64,000 nucleotides of DNA, taken from the NCBI GenBank assembly GCA_001824435.1, contig MHXH01000017.1:335-64334 (forward strand). Reading direction: 5' to 3'. The notes under the pieces were generated by a model. The model was given only the letters and a program-made list of their open reading frames with translations. It did not search any database and had not been told where the DNA came from. Shown here in pieces: positions 39,942 through 51,997 of this stretch; within the stretch, counting starts at the first letter, position 1, and the number at the start of each line of letters is the position of its first letter. Both the position numbers and the translations under genes were made by a program. The stretch comes from Parcubacteria group bacterium RIFCSPLOWO2_01_FULL_48_18 (lineage in GTDB: Bacteria; Patescibacteriota; Minisyncoccia; UBA6257; WO2-01-48-18).

Positions 39942-40610
39942 CTACAGCTCGATCTGCTTGATCGTCTCCGGCGTATCTGCTGGCTCTTCATCGATACACA
40001 TCGTCACCTCCATCTTTTCCGTATCCCACACCGGGGTAAGGCGGAGATTGCGGCGCGTATCCATGAAAGATCCATGCTGTAGAGCGATCCAGAGCGGTTC
40101 GAATCCGTTCCATGGATGAGGCAGCGGGCTGCCGGGCAAGAAATCTGCAAGCTCAAGAAGGTGAGGATGGGGAGTAAACCACGATTTCTTAGGATGTTCT
40201 CGACCGAAACCAATCTTAACAAACTCTGACTCGCGCACCCCTGCCATCTCAAGGCCCCCTCTGACGATGCTACGCATGAATGTCCAAGTGAATCGACTCA
40301 ACACGAGATCGAATCTCACGCACTCTTCGGCAAGCCGCCGATATGAAAACGTCTGGTTCCCCATCGCTTCGGCCGTCGGTTCGAAATAGAAACGGATGGT
40401 CGGGGGCAACTTCTTAGACCCGCGCGTACGCTCGATCTCATAATGAACAAAGTCTTCGTTCCAACTGATGCCCCTGGTTTTAAGCGCATCATCTCCGAAC
40501 AGCGTCGCATTCAGCTGAACGCCGACGAACTCATTAAGCGGAAAGAACCGCTTGGCCCACTCGCCAATGTCTTTGGCAAGCGACGGCTCCACGTCAACGC
40601 ACGAACGCAT
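39942..40610 (-). CDS. hypothetical protein C (222 aa), GC-rich island
   Basis: Start at MRSCVDV; no family recognised. Confidence 0.45.
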   Translation of the reverse strand: MRSCVDVEPSLAKDIGEWAKRFFPLNEFVGVQLNATLFGDDALKTRGISWNEDFVHYEIERTRGSKKLPPTIRFYFEPTAEAMGNQTFSYRRLAEECVRFDLVLSRFTWTFMRSIVRGGLEMAGVRESEFVKIGFGREHPKKSWFTPHPHLLELADFLPGSPLPHPWNGFEPLWIALQHGSFMDTRRNLRLTPVWDTEKMEVTMCIDEEPADTPETIKQIEL

Positions 40611-40772
40611 ACGCTTCCTCTCTTTCTGGTCACGTGATACAGACGGCACAGCGCATAATCAACTACCGCTGCGCTGAATTGCTGCCTCAATTATAGCATG
40701 GGGGCCGTACAAAGTCAATGCCCCGTTTCCGCAAGACGGAAAGGGGGCATGAACGAAACACGTCCGAAGATC

Positions 40773-41633
40773 TTAAGCAGTGCGGCTCTGCGCCGAATCC
40801 CGTATGCAGCGTTCTTCTGCCGCAGCCAGATAACAAAGTGTCTGGGGATATCCGCCTTTGATGAGCCGATCTTCTTCTTCCCGCGCTACGAAGAAATCAA
40901 GCGCGCTTGCATGGATCGACACCACGCCAGACAAGCGGACATCACCCGATTCCGGATGTTCATCTTTGAATCTCTTCAGGTCTTCTGCGAGCGCCGGATG
41001 TTCTTTCATGAATATTTCCATATATTTTTCGAGTTCGCGCCATGCCTTCTGATTCTGTATCGAAACGATGTCAAAAATGGTTTTAGCCCGGATCCATCCT
41101 ACAAGCAAAATCTCAATGCCTTTGCCGGTAATCGTGCAATCGCCGATCGGCGGAGCACTCAGATAGAAAGTATGGCAGTGCACGCTGGATCCATCGCGGC
41201 TGTTTTTGTGAACCTCAAGGATCGTTTCGAATCTTCCGGGATCCACGATAAAACCGCCGTTGTCTCCGCCGGTTTCCTCCCACACCTCGGAAGCGCCGAC
41301 AATTCGACGCACAAGGTCTTCTCCGTCAAGCGCCATTTTACCGCGCCCTAAAGATTCTTGCCACGCACTAATAGCAGCGCGATACCGAACCAGTTGGCCA
41401 AAGACAATTTGGCCGCTATCTTCAAGCGCCGAAAAAAACTCTTCAACCGGAGCAGTTTCATCAACTCCGCCGGTCGGATTCTTCAGGTACAAACGGGGGG
41501 TTCCTCGTCTGTCCGCGCTGATCTTATCATTGTCCGCAAGCAGCAAGAACGCGTCGCAGAATTCGTCTTGAGGCACCAGCACGGAAGACGTATAGCTGGT
41601 GGTCTCGCGACCGCCGTGAATCCGTGTCACCAC
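40773..41633 (-). CDS. hypothetical protein D (286 aa), following the GC-rich island
   Basis: ORF track. Hairpin ccccgtttccg/cggaaaggggg lies downstream of its stop. Confidence 0.45.
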   Translation of the reverse strand: MVTRIHGGRETTSYTSSVLVPQDEFCDAFLLLADNDKISADRRGTPRLYLKNPTGGVDETAPVEEFFSALEDSGQIVFGQLVRYRAAISAWQESLGRGKMALDGEDLVRRIVGASEVWEETGGDNGGFIVDPGRFETILEVHKNSRDGSSVHCHTFYLSAPPIGDCTITGKGIEILLVGWIRAKTIFDIVSIQNQKAWRELEKYMEIFMKEHPALAEDLKRFKDEHPESGDVRLSGVVSIHASALDFFVAREEEDRLIKGGYPQTLCYLAAAEERCIRDSAQSRTA

Positions 41634-41870
41634 CGTACGCCTCCAGGTTGTATTGTCGAAGTGCGCCTAGAGCATTCCGCTCCCTCGTGTCCATTAATCT
41701 CTTTATCCTCACGAGTAATCCAATTATATCAAAGAAAAAGGGTGGTGTCAAACGAAGTATCAGTTACAAAACCAACCCAAATACTGGGGTTTCCGTATTG
41801 TAACGGAGCGAACAATTACCAAAAAGAAACAGAGCGGGTATATATCCCGCCCCATAAACTTGTCCGGTTA

Positions 41871-42638
41871 TTAACTTGCCTGAGGAGAATCGCTGCACTC
41901 GCACGTACATACCGCCAGGTGACACTTTTCACATTCATAAGGATACTGTCGCCACACTTCTTCGGCTAACTCTATTCTGCATCGGTTTGCCAACGCGAAC
42001 ATCCACGAAGCCACATCGGCCATCTCGTCTTCCAGTCCCTTCTTGTTATGATGCCGAGCCTCTTTGCTGATCTCTCCGGCTTCCTCGCCAAGATGGGCAG
42101 CAGTGTGCAGCACGAGAATTCGCCTATTCTGCAGAAAATACAGCCTCTTATGAAGCGCCTGGTATCCGGCGAGCGTTTTTGGATCCTTATCCCGCTCCAT
42201 TCTTAACCTGCGAAGCGTCTTTTCTCTGTCGGATATGACAGGATGCTCTATGGCACAAGCACAGTTTTCGCCGCGCAGACAGTACGGACAGACTCCCGGA
42301 TATTTAACCCACAATGCCTCCTGAAGATCAATGCCGAATCGATTTCCCACGGCGTTCCACCATGAATATGTTCTTGCGAGCTGCGAAGGCAGTTTCTCCA
42401 ATTCATCCTTGCGCGCAATTTCCATGATTTTGGCGATTTCTTCCAAAAGCCTCAAAATGAGGTCCGGATCGTCATAACGTTCATTAACCTTGCCATAGAT
42501 ATATGCATTCATTTCCTGAAATTCTCGAACGGTCTGCGGCTGAATAATCGTCTTATGCGCTGCCACCCGCGCCCCCTTACTATTGATATGGGATTCGTGA
42601 GCTACCTCAAGAATAAAGAGGCCCCGGAGGATTGTCAA
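41871..42638 (-). CDS. MazG-like nucleotide pyrophosphohydrolase with C-terminal Cys cluster
   Basis: Helical EExxE-type motifs (LGEEAGEISKEARHH; LEDEMADV). Cys motifs CPYCLRGENCAC and CEKCHLAVCTCEC. Confidence 0.5.
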   Translation of the reverse strand: MTILRGLFILEVAHESHINSKGARVAAHKTIIQPQTVREFQEMNAYIYGKVNERYDDPDLILRLLEEIAKIMEIARKDELEKLPSQLARTYSWWNAVGNRFGIDLQEALWVKYPGVCPYCLRGENCACAIEHPVISDREKTLRRLRMERDKDPKTLAGYQALHKRLYFLQNRRILVLHTAAHLGEEAGEISKEARHHNKKGLEDEMADVASWMFALANRCRIELAEEVWRQYPYECEKCHLAVCTCECSDSPQAS

Positions 42639-42789
42639 TGGTATGTATAAACGAGAGCCGCCATATCTCTTTTCCGGCGGCGCAAAAAAACGTCGGTCAA
42701 AAAGCCACGATCGTAAGGCCGTGGATGGATGCTAATTTATCTCGCGAAGCGAGAACCGGACAAAACCACACCCATAAGGGTACTGGGGT

Positions 42790-43905
42790 TTACTCCAATT
42801 CTTTTCTCAAGTCCTCAAGTATTTCTTTCGCCTTCGAAGAAAAATACTTGGGCGTCGCCAAATCTAATTCAACGATCAAATCTCCGCACTCATGGCTGCC
42901 GAGACGAGGCATACCTGCCCCGCGAATCCGTATCGAATCGCGCAGATTAAAACCTTCAGGAATGGTAAAATGCACCTTCTTTCCCTCGATTGTCAAAACT
43001 TCGAACGATTTGCCTAAAAGAATGTCGACAAGGTTAACCTTCGCGCGGTAATGCAAATTATCACCATCGCGCCGAAACTGTGCATGGGTCCTTGTTTTAA
43101 TTCGTACATATACATCACCTGCCGTTGCTCCCCGCATGCCCGCCTCGCCGGCGCCGACAATTTTAATGAGCTGGCCGTCTCCGATGCCCTGCTGAATATC
43201 TACCGCGATCTCTTTCGCATACCTTATTCTGCCGGTTCCCCCGCATGCGTGGCAACGCTTTTGAGGAATACGACCCTCGCCTTCGCATTCGACACACGGC
43301 CTGATGCGCGAGAAATCGCCAAAAAACGTCTTCTGGTTTTCCCGCACTTCACCGCGGCCGTCGCAGCGCCCGCATGTTTTAAATCCGCTTTTTGCATCCG
43401 CTCCTTGTCCGCCGCACGCCGCGCAGCTTATCCATGCGTCAAACCGCAATGACTTCTGCGCTCCGGAAAACGCTTCCTCCAAAGAAATCTCCAAAACCAG
43501 CTCCATATCAGCGCCGCGCTGGTATGTTCTCCGTTTCTTCCGTACCCCCAGGCCTTCAAAAATACTTTCAAAAATGCCGCCGAGGTCTCCTCCATCCTCA
43601 AACGCAGAAGGATCAAACCCGAATTCCACCCCTTGGCCGAACGGCCATCCCTCAAATCCCCATTCACGCCCTGCGCCCGAAGAAAAACCGGAGGCGCCGT
43701 CAAACACGCGGCCGAACCGGTCATATTGCGCCCGCTTCTGCTTATTTGACAACACCTGATACGCTTCGTTAATTTCCTTAAACTTCTTCTCGTCGCCCCC
43801 CGCCTTATCCGGATGGAATTTATGCGCAAGACGGCGGTATGCCTTCTTGATCTCCTCTTCAGAAGCACTCTTATTTATACCTAAAATGTTATAATAATCA
43901 GCCAC
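42790..43905 (-). CDS. dnaJ: molecular chaperone DnaJ
   Basis: J domain YY.ILG...HPDK; four CxxCxGxG repeats. Confidence 0.9.
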   Translation of the reverse strand: MADYYNILGINKSASEEEIKKAYRRLAHKFHPDKAGGDEKKFKEINEAYQVLSNKQKRAQYDRFGRVFDGASGFSSGAGREWGFEGWPFGQGVEFGFDPSAFEDGGDLGGIFESIFEGLGVRKKRRTYQRGADMELVLEISLEEAFSGAQKSLRFDAWISCAACGGQGADAKSGFKTCGRCDGRGEVRENQKTFFGDFSRIRPCVECEGEGRIPQKRCHACGGTGRIRYAKEIAVDIQQGIGDGQLIKIVGAGEAGMRGATAGDVYVRIKTRTHAQFRRDGDNLHYRAKVNLVDILLGKSFEVLTIEGKKVHFTIPEGFNLRDSIRIRGAGMPRLGSHECGDLIVELDLATPKYFSSKAKEILEDLRKELE

Positions 43906-43990
43906 CCTAAAAAGCTTATTAGCTTGTAGCTTTTTAGCCTCTTAGAACGAACTCTACAAGCTACAAGCTACAAGCTACAAGCTCACTCTC
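43906..43990. repeat. Heptamer tandem repeat (ctacaag x5) with an inverted partial copy in the dnaJ 5' region
   Basis: agcttgtagc ... ctacaagctacaagctacaagctacaagct. Confidence 0.6.
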
Positions 43991-43992
43991 CT

Positions 43993-45060
43993 TCATTTCA
44001 TTATAATAATTTCCCTCGTTCTACTCTCAAGCACAATTCTTGCAAAATCAACCGCAATCAAAAGCTCAAATACGATGAAGCTGACGAATACAAGTGTATA
44101 GCCGAATACGATTCCGAGCGCCTTGAGAACTAAAAAAGCGAGCAGAACAATGCTGCCTCCGACAATCCATCCCCCAAGACCCGAGGTTTTTACAATCTGC
44201 TCGGTGAATAACTCATATAAACCGTCTCCCGCGGTCTTTTTAAAATCGATGTCTATGTTCAAAAAGCTTTCGATCTGATCGCGGGTTTGAGAAACAGACT
44301 TCTCGATAACTTGTTTTTTCACCGACGCGGTCAATGATTTTGCTTCTGCAGAATCTTCCAATCTTTGCGTAACGATATCGGCTATGATTTCATCCCCCGT
44401 CTGCTCAAAATCAAAATCTGGAATTATCGACCGCAACAATCCCTCCAATGGATTCAACATATAGGCATAAAACACGTCCTTATTAAATGCCGCGGTCTTT
44501 CCTTCCTGAAGACCGATGTAAAACACTAGAGAAATAAAAAGGGCCATGACGGTAATGACTTTCGGAAAAACCCTCCTGCATAGCCTGAAAAACCTCACCT
44601 TCAAAAGAAGACGAAGCTCGCTCCATCCCGCGCGGGCCGCAAGCAAAAGCAGTAGATACACCACGACCGCCGCCAGAAGAAGACTCTGCGAGAATCTATC
44701 GTAAAAGGGAACGGAGAGGGCAACGGCATTTAAGAATACCATCCAACTCAAACGGCCAAAGCTTTTGAGAAACAGCGATTGAAGAAAAAAAATGACCGAA
44801 AAGCCAACCGCGCTCCCCGCGATAAAAATCATATAGTGGGTCGGACTGAACGACAGGATTTTCGTCTCAAGAAAATAGTCCCTCACGCCAAGAGAAAAGC
44901 CGAATGCGAACGCGCACGTGAGCACTGCCAGAAGGGCCGCCTTCCATACCGACCTGTCAACCTCTGCTTCATCAAGAACGCTGGCAGAGGATTGCGCTGC
45001 TTTTTGTACCGGTTCATACCGGAGCTTCGTTAAATCGGGCATATGTTTATTATATATCAA
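43993..45060 (-). CDS. hypothetical polytopic membrane protein (355 aa)
   Basis: Multiple TM helices; ORF track. Confidence 0.5.
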   Translation of the reverse strand: MIYNKHMPDLTKLRYEPVQKAAQSSASVLDEAEVDRSVWKAALLAVLTCAFAFGFSLGVRDYFLETKILSFSPTHYMIFIAGSAVGFSVIFFLQSLFLKSFGRLSWMVFLNAVALSVPFYDRFSQSLLLAAVVVYLLLLLAARAGWSELRLLLKVRFFRLCRRVFPKVITVMALFISLVFYIGLQEGKTAAFNKDVFYAYMLNPLEGLLRSIIPDFDFEQTGDEIIADIVTQRLEDSAEAKSLTASVKKQVIEKSVSQTRDQIESFLNIDIDFKKTAGDGLYELFTEQIVKTSGLGGWIVGGSIVLLAFLVLKALGIVFGYTLVFVSFIVFELLIAVDFARIVLESRTREIIIMK

Positions 45061-45088
45061 ACTGCCTCAATGCCCAAGGTATACTCCG

Positions 45089-48000
45089 CTATTCTTCTCT
45101 TTTGCCCTTCGTCCTCTTCAACAACACGGATCCCACTGGTATCAGCCTTCCGATGATGACATTCTCCTTGAGGCCGTGGAGGTTATCTATTCTTCCTTCC
45201 GCGGCAGCGCTAATCAAGACTTTCGCAGTTTCTTGGAACGAAGCAGCGGAAAGAAAACTCTCGCTTGAAAGCGCCACCTTGGTGATGCCCAAAAGCAGCT
45301 GTCGCGCCTTTGCGGGCGTTTTTCCGGAAGCCCTCAGCGAACGGTTGACATCGAAAAACTTAGACTTCTCAATAATCTTCCCCGGCGTAAAGCCGGAATC
45401 CCCGGCATCTGTAATCCGCACTCTGTCAAACATCTGCCGAATGATAATCTCGATATGCTTATTGTTAATCGATGCGCCTTCTGACACATAAATCCGCTGC
45501 ACTTCTTTAACAATATAACGCTGCACCGCCTCGCTGCCGCTAACCGTAAACAATTCGGCAAGGTCAAGATTCCCCTCGGATAACTGGTCGCCTTTTTTTA
45601 CCCGTTCGCCGTCACGGACGAACACGAGGATCGATCGCGGAATTATAAACTCGACCGCGTTTTTCTTTCTTGCGGCGCCCCCGGAGTTCTTCGGACGCCT
45701 GTCTTCTTTCGTTTTCGACGATGGAAGGATTTTAATAATTTTATCCGGACCTCGCTCCTCTATTTTATCAACAACGCCGTCTACGGAACTGATGCACGCC
45801 TTGCCCTTAGGTGAACGATTTTCAAACAACTCTTCAACGCGCGGGAGTCCATGCGTGATGTCGGCACCGGCAATCCCTCCGGTATGAAACGTTCTCATGG
45901 TCAGTTGCGTGCCGGGCTCTCCAATCGCCTGGGCCGCAACAATGCCTGCCGCCATTCCAATCTCCGCGTGCTTGTTATAACCCAAGTCCAATCCGTAACA
46001 ACGGCAGCAGATTCCATACAGCGTTTTACACGTTATCGGAGAACGCACGCGGACTACCTCGAGCGACGAATCTTGAATCAACTTGGCGGCGACGTGATCG
46101 ATGCCCTCACCGGCCCGAACAATAATTTTCCCGCCCGCTTTAATATCCTCAAGCGCGGTGCGAGAAAAAAGAATGTCGCCGTAGACCTGTCCGAATGCCT
46201 GGCTATCCGAACGATAGATAACAATCCCTTTCTTCGTCTTACAATCAATTTCGCGCACCACGACATCCTGCGCCACATCAACAAGGCGGCGCGTCAAATA
46301 TCCTGCGGACGCGGTTTTAAGCGCCGTATCGGTAGTTCCCTTCCGTGCGCCGTGCGTCGATATGAAAAATTCCAGCACGTTAAAACCTTCTTTATAGGAA
46401 GATGTAACGGGAAGCTCTATTGTTTCTCCTTTCGGATTCTGCACAAGCCCTTTCATGCCCATCATTTGCGTCGGCTGGGACCACGATCCGCGAGCGCCGG
46501 AATCAATAATTTGATATACCGAATTGTTGGGGTTAAGAGACTTGGGAATCACGGCAGCAACTTCCGCCTTTGCTTTTTCCCACACCCGCACCACTGCCGC
46601 GCGCCGCTCCTGGGAACTAAGCAATCCGTTATTAAACTGCTCTTGAATCTTTGCCACTTCATTGTGGGCCCTCTTGAGGATTTCCGGTTTTTCAACCGGA
46701 ATCGTCAAATCATCCATACCCCAAGTGATTCCGGATCTTGTGGCATACTCAAACCCAACCCGTTTAATTTCATCCATAATAGCAGAGCAATGTTCCAGTC
46801 CGTAGGTAGTAATCAATTCGGCGGCAATTCTGGAAAGCAATCTCTTGTTGAGCGATTCATTGATAAATCGAAAGTCGTTTGGGAGCGTATTATTAAAAAT
46901 CAGTCTTCCGCATGTAGTTTCAATAAGTTTGTTATCCGCTTTGTCAACCCGAATTTTCACAAGCGCATTTAAATCGATGATACCGCAGTCATATGCCATG
47001 ATCGCTTCGGATTCGCCCGTAAAAATCTTTCCTTCGCCGAGCGATCCTTCTCTCGCTTTAGTAAGATAATAACATCCCAGCACAATATCCTGAGTAGGAA
47101 TGGCAATCGGCTCCCCGGTGGCGGGTTTTATCAGCCCGATCGAAGAAAGCATAAGACCGGAGGCTTCATTCTGAGCCTCTTGAGAAAGAGGAAGATGCAC
47201 GGCCATCTGATCTCCGTCAAAATCAGCGTTAAACGCCGTACATACCATCGGCGGAATACGGATGCACAAGTCTTCAATGAGCACTGGTCTAAACGCCTGA
47301 ATACCGAGACGATGCAACGTCGGCGCCCGATTGAGCAGCACATATTTATCCTTAATAACTTCCTCCAGTATCGCCCAGACTTCCGGAGGGGCCTCCTCAA
47401 TGAGGCGATTCGAATTTCGTATGTTGTGCGCGAGGCCAAGCTCAATAATTTTATTAATCACAAACGGCTTAAACAACTCAAGCGCCATCTTTTTAGGAAG
47501 GCCGCATGAACTAAGAGAAAGCTCGGGACCGACAACAATAACCGATCTGCCGGAATAATCTACCCTTTTCCCAAGAAGATTCTGTCTGAAACGACCCTGT
47601 TTTCCTTTCAACATGTCCGCAAGCGACCGCAATGGCCGCCGCTGAGACGACAGCTGCTGGGTGCCGAATCGCGCGCTATTGTCTATGAGCGCATCGACCG
47701 ACTCCTGCAACATTCTTTTCTCATTTACGACTATCACCTCCGGGGCTTTCAACTCGATGAGTTTTCGCAGACGATTATTGCGGTTGATGACACGACGATA
47801 CAAATCGTTCAAATCAGAGGTTGCAAATCGCCCGCCGTCAAGCGCAACGAGCGGCCGCAAATCCGGAGGGAGCACCGGAAGCACCGTCATCACCATCCAT
47901 TCCGGACGGACACCGGCCCGACGCATATGCCGCAACAGATCGAGTCGGCGCAGAATCTTCCGCTGCACAAGCGAATCGGAGACTTTCGAAACAGACCGCC

Positions 48001-48697
48001 CCAACTCTCGAATAAGCTTCTTCAAATCAATGGCCTCGAGCATGCGCCGGATCGCTTCCCCTCCGCTTCCAGCCTCAAATACATTGCCGTATTTCAAGCT
48101 AAACGTATAAAACTCGCTCTCCGACAGCACCTTGCCCACTTTGATCTGATTCAATTCTTCCAGCGCTTTCTTTTTTGCAAGCTCAAGCGATACCGCATGG
48201 CGCGATGTGCTCTCTTTACCCTCTTTTTTCTTGGATTTAAATTCACGTACAATTTCTTCTTTCGCCTTTTCTTTCGCCGCTTCATCAACATACGCAACCA
48301 CATAGGCGGCATAATAGACCACCCGCTCCAACTGAGGCAGCGAGATGTCAAGGAGTAAGCTGATTTTCGACGGCACGCCTCGTAAAAACCAAATATGCAC
48401 GCATGGCGCAACTAGCGTGATGTGGCCCATCCGTTCCCTTCGAACCACCGCGCGCGTCACCTCCACGCCGCATTTATCACAGACAATCCCTTTATAGCGG
48501 ACTCTGCGATATTTTCCGCAGTAACACTCCCAATCTTTCGTCGGTCCGAAAATCCTCTCCGAAAACAGGCCATCTTTTTCCGGCCGCTGGGTGCGGTAAT
48601 TGATAGTTTCAGGCTTTATTACTTCGCCATGAGACCAAGTCAATATCTCTTCCGGAGAAGCAATTTTTAATTGTATAGCTTCAAAATCAAGTTCCAT
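45089..48697 (-). CDS. rpoC: DNA-directed RNA polymerase subunit beta'
   Basis: [12 protein letters not shown] catalytic motif, zinc-binding Cys near the N-terminus, 1202 aa. Confidence 0.97.
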   Translation of the reverse strand: MELDFEAIQLKIASPEEILTWSHGEVIKPETINYRTQRPEKDGLFSERIFGPTKDWECYCGKYRRVRYKGIVCDKCGVEVTRAVVRRERMGHITLVAPCVHIWFLRGVPSKISLLLDISLPQLERVVYYAAYVVAYVDEAAKEKAKEEIVREFKSKKKEGKESTSRHAVSLELAKKKALEELNQIKVGKVLSESEFYTFSLKYGNVFEAGSGGEAIRRMLEAIDLKKLIRELGRSVSKVSDSLVQRKILRRLDLLRHMRRAGVRPEWMVMTVLPVLPPDLRPLVALDGGRFATSDLNDLYRRVINRNNRLRKLIELKAPEVIVVNEKRMLQESVDALIDNSARFGTQQLSSQRRPLRSLADMLKGKQGRFRQNLLGKRVDYSGRSVIVVGPELSLSSCGLPKKMALELFKPFVINKIIELGLAHNIRNSNRLIEEAPPEVWAILEEVIKDKYVLLNRAPTLHRLGIQAFRPVLIEDLCIRIPPMVCTAFNADFDGDQMAVHLPLSQEAQNEASGLMLSSIGLIKPATGEPIAIPTQDIVLGCYYLTKAREGSLGEGKIFTGESEAIMAYDCGIIDLNALVKIRVDKADNKLIETTCGRLIFNNTLPNDFRFINESLNKRLLSRIAAELITTYGLEHCSAIMDEIKRVGFEYATRSGITWGMDDLTIPVEKPEILKRAHNEVAKIQEQFNNGLLSSQERRAAVVRVWEKAKAEVAAVIPKSLNPNNSVYQIIDSGARGSWSQPTQMMGMKGLVQNPKGETIELPVTSSYKEGFNVLEFFISTHGARKGTTDTALKTASAGYLTRRLVDVAQDVVVREIDCKTKKGIVIYRSDSQAFGQVYGDILFSRTALEDIKAGGKIIVRAGEGIDHVAAKLIQDSSLEVVRVRSPITCKTLYGICCRCYGLDLGYNKHAEIGMAAGIVAAQAIGEPGTQLTMRTFHTGGIAGADITHGLPRVEELFENRSPKGKACISSVDGVVDKIEERGPDKIIKILPSSKTKEDRRPKNSGGAARKKNAVEFIIPRSILVFVRDGERVKKGDQLSEGNLDLAELFTVSGSEAVQRYIVKEVQRIYVSEGASINNKHIEIIIRQMFDRVRITDAGDSGFTPGKIIEKSKFFDVNRSLRASGKTPAKARQLLLGITKVALSSESFLSAASFQETAKVLISAAAEGRIDNLHGLKENVIIGRLIPVGSVLLKRTKGKREE

Positions 48698-48730
48698 TAT
48701 TCACAAACTCTATAGCTTGCAGCTAAAAAT

Positions 48731-51700
48731 TTATTCTTCGGCGACTTCTTCGTGCGCATCCTCGACTACCCCAGTCACATCCTTCCCTTTTTTGGCCAAC
48801 TCCTCCGCCACCTCTTGTGAAACAGGTTCTATTTTCTCCTCTTCTAACTCGCTTACTGCAGGCACCTGGATACTCCCCCCTTTAAGCAGGTTCACCGACA
48901 TGCCCAAAGACTTCAATTCGCTCACCAATACATTGAATGACGCCGGAATGTTCGGACTTCTAATGGGTTCGCCCCGTATCATGGACTCGTAGGCCGCAGC
49001 CCGCCCCACAACATCGTCGGACTTTATGGTGAGCATCTCCTGAAGAATATGCGCGGCTCCGTATCCCTCAAGCGCCCACACCTCCATCTCGCCGAACCGC
49101 TGACCGCCAAACTGCGCTTTCCCACCCAAGGGCTGCTGAGTAATGAGAGAATAAGGACCGACGGAACGCATATGAATTTTATCTTCAACTAAGTGATTCA
49201 GTTTCATCATGTAGATATATCCGACTGCGATTTTTTGGTCGAATGGCCTACCATTCCTGCCGTCATACAGCGTCACCTTTCCGTTTTCCGGAAGGCCGGC
49301 CCTCTTCAACTCGCCTTTAATCTGGTCTTCGTTTGCGCCTGCTAATGCAGGGGTGATTGCGCGATATCCCAATGTATGCGCCGCCCATCCCAAATGCATT
49401 TCCAAGATCTGCCCGATGTTCATTCTTGATGCAACCCCAAGGGGATTTAAGATAATATCCACCGGCGTGCCGTCCTCAAGATAGGGCATATCCTCGACGG
49501 AAACGATTCTCGACACAACCCCTTTATTGCCGTGACGTCCGGCGAGTTTATCTCCGGCGCGAATATTGCGGAGTTGAGCGACTTCAACCTGAACCCGCAT
49601 GATGATTCCGGCCTCCAATTTATCGCCGCGATCACGAGAGAATATTCTAATACCCACCACCCTTCCTCGTTTGCCGTGCGGGAGCGTAAGCGATGTATCC
49701 TTCACGTCGCGTGATTTTTCGCCGAAAATAACCCGCAGCAGACGTTCTTCCGCCGTAAGCTCCGCTTCTCCTTTGGGCGTGATCTTTCCGACGAGTATAT
49801 CTCCTGATTCCACCTCTGCGCCGACCCGGATAATTCCTTCCTCATCCAGGTTTTTCAATTTCTCTTCAGATACGTTCGGAATATCATACGTGGTGACCTC
49901 GGGACCCAATTTCGTATCCCGCACATCGCAGTAATAATCTTCTATGTGAATGGAAGTATACAAATCTTCCCGCACCACCCGTTCAGAAAGAATAATGGCG
50001 TCTTCAAAATTCGCTCCTGCCCACGACATAAACGCCGCCACGAGATTCTGTCCCAACGAAAGCACTCCGTATTCCGTAGATGGCCCGTCCGCCAGTACGG
50101 TTCCTTTTTCCACTCGTTGATTCTTCTCTACTCTCGGCTGCTGAGAAATGCACGTAAATTGGTTTGATCGCGTAAACGTGTGCAGCCGATAGTTTCTATA
50201 TCCTTTAGCCGTTTTCACCTTAATATGATTTGCGTCCGCTTCGGTCACCGTGCCCGGCTCGTCTGCAAGCGCCACCAAACCCGACTCTGCCGCCGCCTTT
50301 TCCTCCATGCCGGTTCCTACGAGGGGTGCGCTCGGCTTGATGTACGCAACCGCTTGACGCTGCATGTTTGACCCCATCAACGCCCGGTTTGCATCATCGT
50401 GTTCCAGAAATGGAATAAGACTTGTTGCAACGCTAATCAGCTGATACGGAGCGACGTCGATAAAATCGATTTGATCGCGGCGGCACGTACCCGGTTCGCC
50501 CTTAATTCTTGCCTCTATGATTTCGTCGATCAGTTTTCCGTCTTTTCTAAATTTGACGCCGCCGTGCGCAATGCGATATTTCTCTTCTTCGTATGCATTA
50601 AGGTACGCCACCTCGCCGGTCACCCGTCCGTTTTTCACCCTCACATACGGCGACTCAAGAAATCCGAGCTCGTTGATCCTTGAAAAAATCGCCAAATGGC
50701 CCACCAGCCCGATATTGGCTCCTTCCGGCGTCTGAATCGGACAGATTCTGCCATAGTGGCTGCTGTGTACGTCGCGCACCTCAAAGCCCGCCCTCTCGCG
50801 CGTAAGTCCTCCGGGTCCCATTGCGGAAATCCTTCGCTTATGCTCTAGTTCCGCCAAAAGGTTAACTTGATCCATAAACTGCGATAGCTGCGACGCGGAA
50901 AAAAATTCCTTGGTCGCCGCAACCACCGGACGTGAATTGATTAATTGGGCGGGTGTCACCAAATTGACTTCGATGGTCGACATACGATCCTGAATAATTC
51001 TCCGCATACGCGCAAAGCCTACCCGCAATTTATTCTGCAAAAGTTCTCCAACCGCACGGACCCTCCGATTCCCCAGATGGTCAATGTCATCCGGCTCGGC
51101 ATCAGAATCATTATTGAGCACAATGATATGACGGATAATCGCCACAATGTCATCACACGTGAGCAGGCGCGAATCACCCTTCAAATTAAGCCGCTGGTTC
51201 AATTTAAACCTGCCCACCTCCGACAAATCATATCGATCGGCGCGTTTAAACATACCCTCAATCAAACTCTTGCTGTTTTCGGCAGTCGCCAGATCTCCCG
51301 GCCGGATGCGTTTGTAAATTTCGATAAATGCCTCGGCCAGGGTTTTGGAAGGCTCCTTCTTCAACGTCGGTTCAATCTCTTTGCCAATGGCGTCAAGTAT
51401 CGCATGGTTATCCGTGAGACCGAAAATACGCACTAATGAAGTTACGGGTATCTTACGCTTACGGTCAATTTTCACGCCGATCACGCCGTCCGGATCGGTT
51501 TCAAATTCCAGCCATGCGCCACGATTGGGAATTACTTTCGCGCCGAACAATTTTCTCCCTCGCGTCATATTCGCGGTAAAGTACACTCCGCTTGAACGAA
51601 TCAGTTGGGACACTACTACGCGCTCCACTCCGTTGATGATAAACGTGCCGCGCGGCGTCATAACAGGGAAATCTCCCATATACACCTCTTGTTTTTTCGC

Positions 51701-51997
51701 CTCACCTGTTTTTTTATGCACCAGGCGCGCCTTAACCCGCAAAGACGCCTCGTGGGTTAAATCTTTTTCTCGCGATTTAAATTCATCATACTTGGGATCA
51801 TCAAAATAATAATCGTCAAAATACAATTCAAGTTCCTTTCCCGTATAATCTTTAATCGGTGAAATTTCATTCATTAGTTCACGCAACCCCCTCCGTAAAA
51901 ACAAATCATAAGACCTGGTTTGAATTTCAACCAAGTTAGGAAGAGGAACAAGATTTCCGGGATGGGTCGAAAAAACTTTAACTAGTTTCTGCTGCAT
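48731..51997 (-). CDS. rpoB: DNA-directed RNA polymerase subunit beta
   Basis: 1088 aa with GEMEVWALE and rifampicin-cluster regions. Confidence 0.97.
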   Translation of the reverse strand: MQQKLVKVFSTHPGNLVPLPNLVEIQTRSYDLFLRRGLRELMNEISPIKDYTGKELELYFDDYYFDDPKYDEFKSREKDLTHEASLRVKARLVHKKTGEAKKQEVYMGDFPVMTPRGTFIINGVERVVVSQLIRSSGVYFTANMTRGRKLFGAKVIPNRGAWLEFETDPDGVIGVKIDRKRKIPVTSLVRIFGLTDNHAILDAIGKEIEPTLKKEPSKTLAEAFIEIYKRIRPGDLATAENSKSLIEGMFKRADRYDLSEVGRFKLNQRLNLKGDSRLLTCDDIVAIIRHIIVLNNDSDAEPDDIDHLGNRRVRAVGELLQNKLRVGFARMRRIIQDRMSTIEVNLVTPAQLINSRPVVAATKEFFSASQLSQFMDQVNLLAELEHKRRISAMGPGGLTRERAGFEVRDVHSSHYGRICPIQTPEGANIGLVGHLAIFSRINELGFLESPYVRVKNGRVTGEVAYLNAYEEEKYRIAHGGVKFRKDGKLIDEIIEARIKGEPGTCRRDQIDFIDVAPYQLISVATSLIPFLEHDDANRALMGSNMQRQAVAYIKPSAPLVGTGMEEKAAAESGLVALADEPGTVTEADANHIKVKTAKGYRNYRLHTFTRSNQFTCISQQPRVEKNQRVEKGTVLADGPSTEYGVLSLGQNLVAAFMSWAGANFEDAIILSERVVREDLYTSIHIEDYYCDVRDTKLGPEVTTYDIPNVSEEKLKNLDEEGIIRVGAEVESGDILVGKITPKGEAELTAEERLLRVIFGEKSRDVKDTSLTLPHGKRGRVVGIRIFSRDRGDKLEAGIIMRVQVEVAQLRNIRAGDKLAGRHGNKGVVSRIVSVEDMPYLEDGTPVDIILNPLGVASRMNIGQILEMHLGWAAHTLGYRAITPALAGANEDQIKGELKRAGLPENGKVTLYDGRNGRPFDQKIAVGYIYMMKLNHLVEDKIHMRSVGPYSLITQQPLGGKAQFGGQRFGEMEVWALEGYGAAHILQEMLTIKSDDVVGRAAAYESMIRGEPIRSPNIPASFNVLVSELKSLGMSVNLLKGGSIQVPAVSELEEEKIEPVSQEVAEELAKKGKDVTGVVEDAHEEVAEE

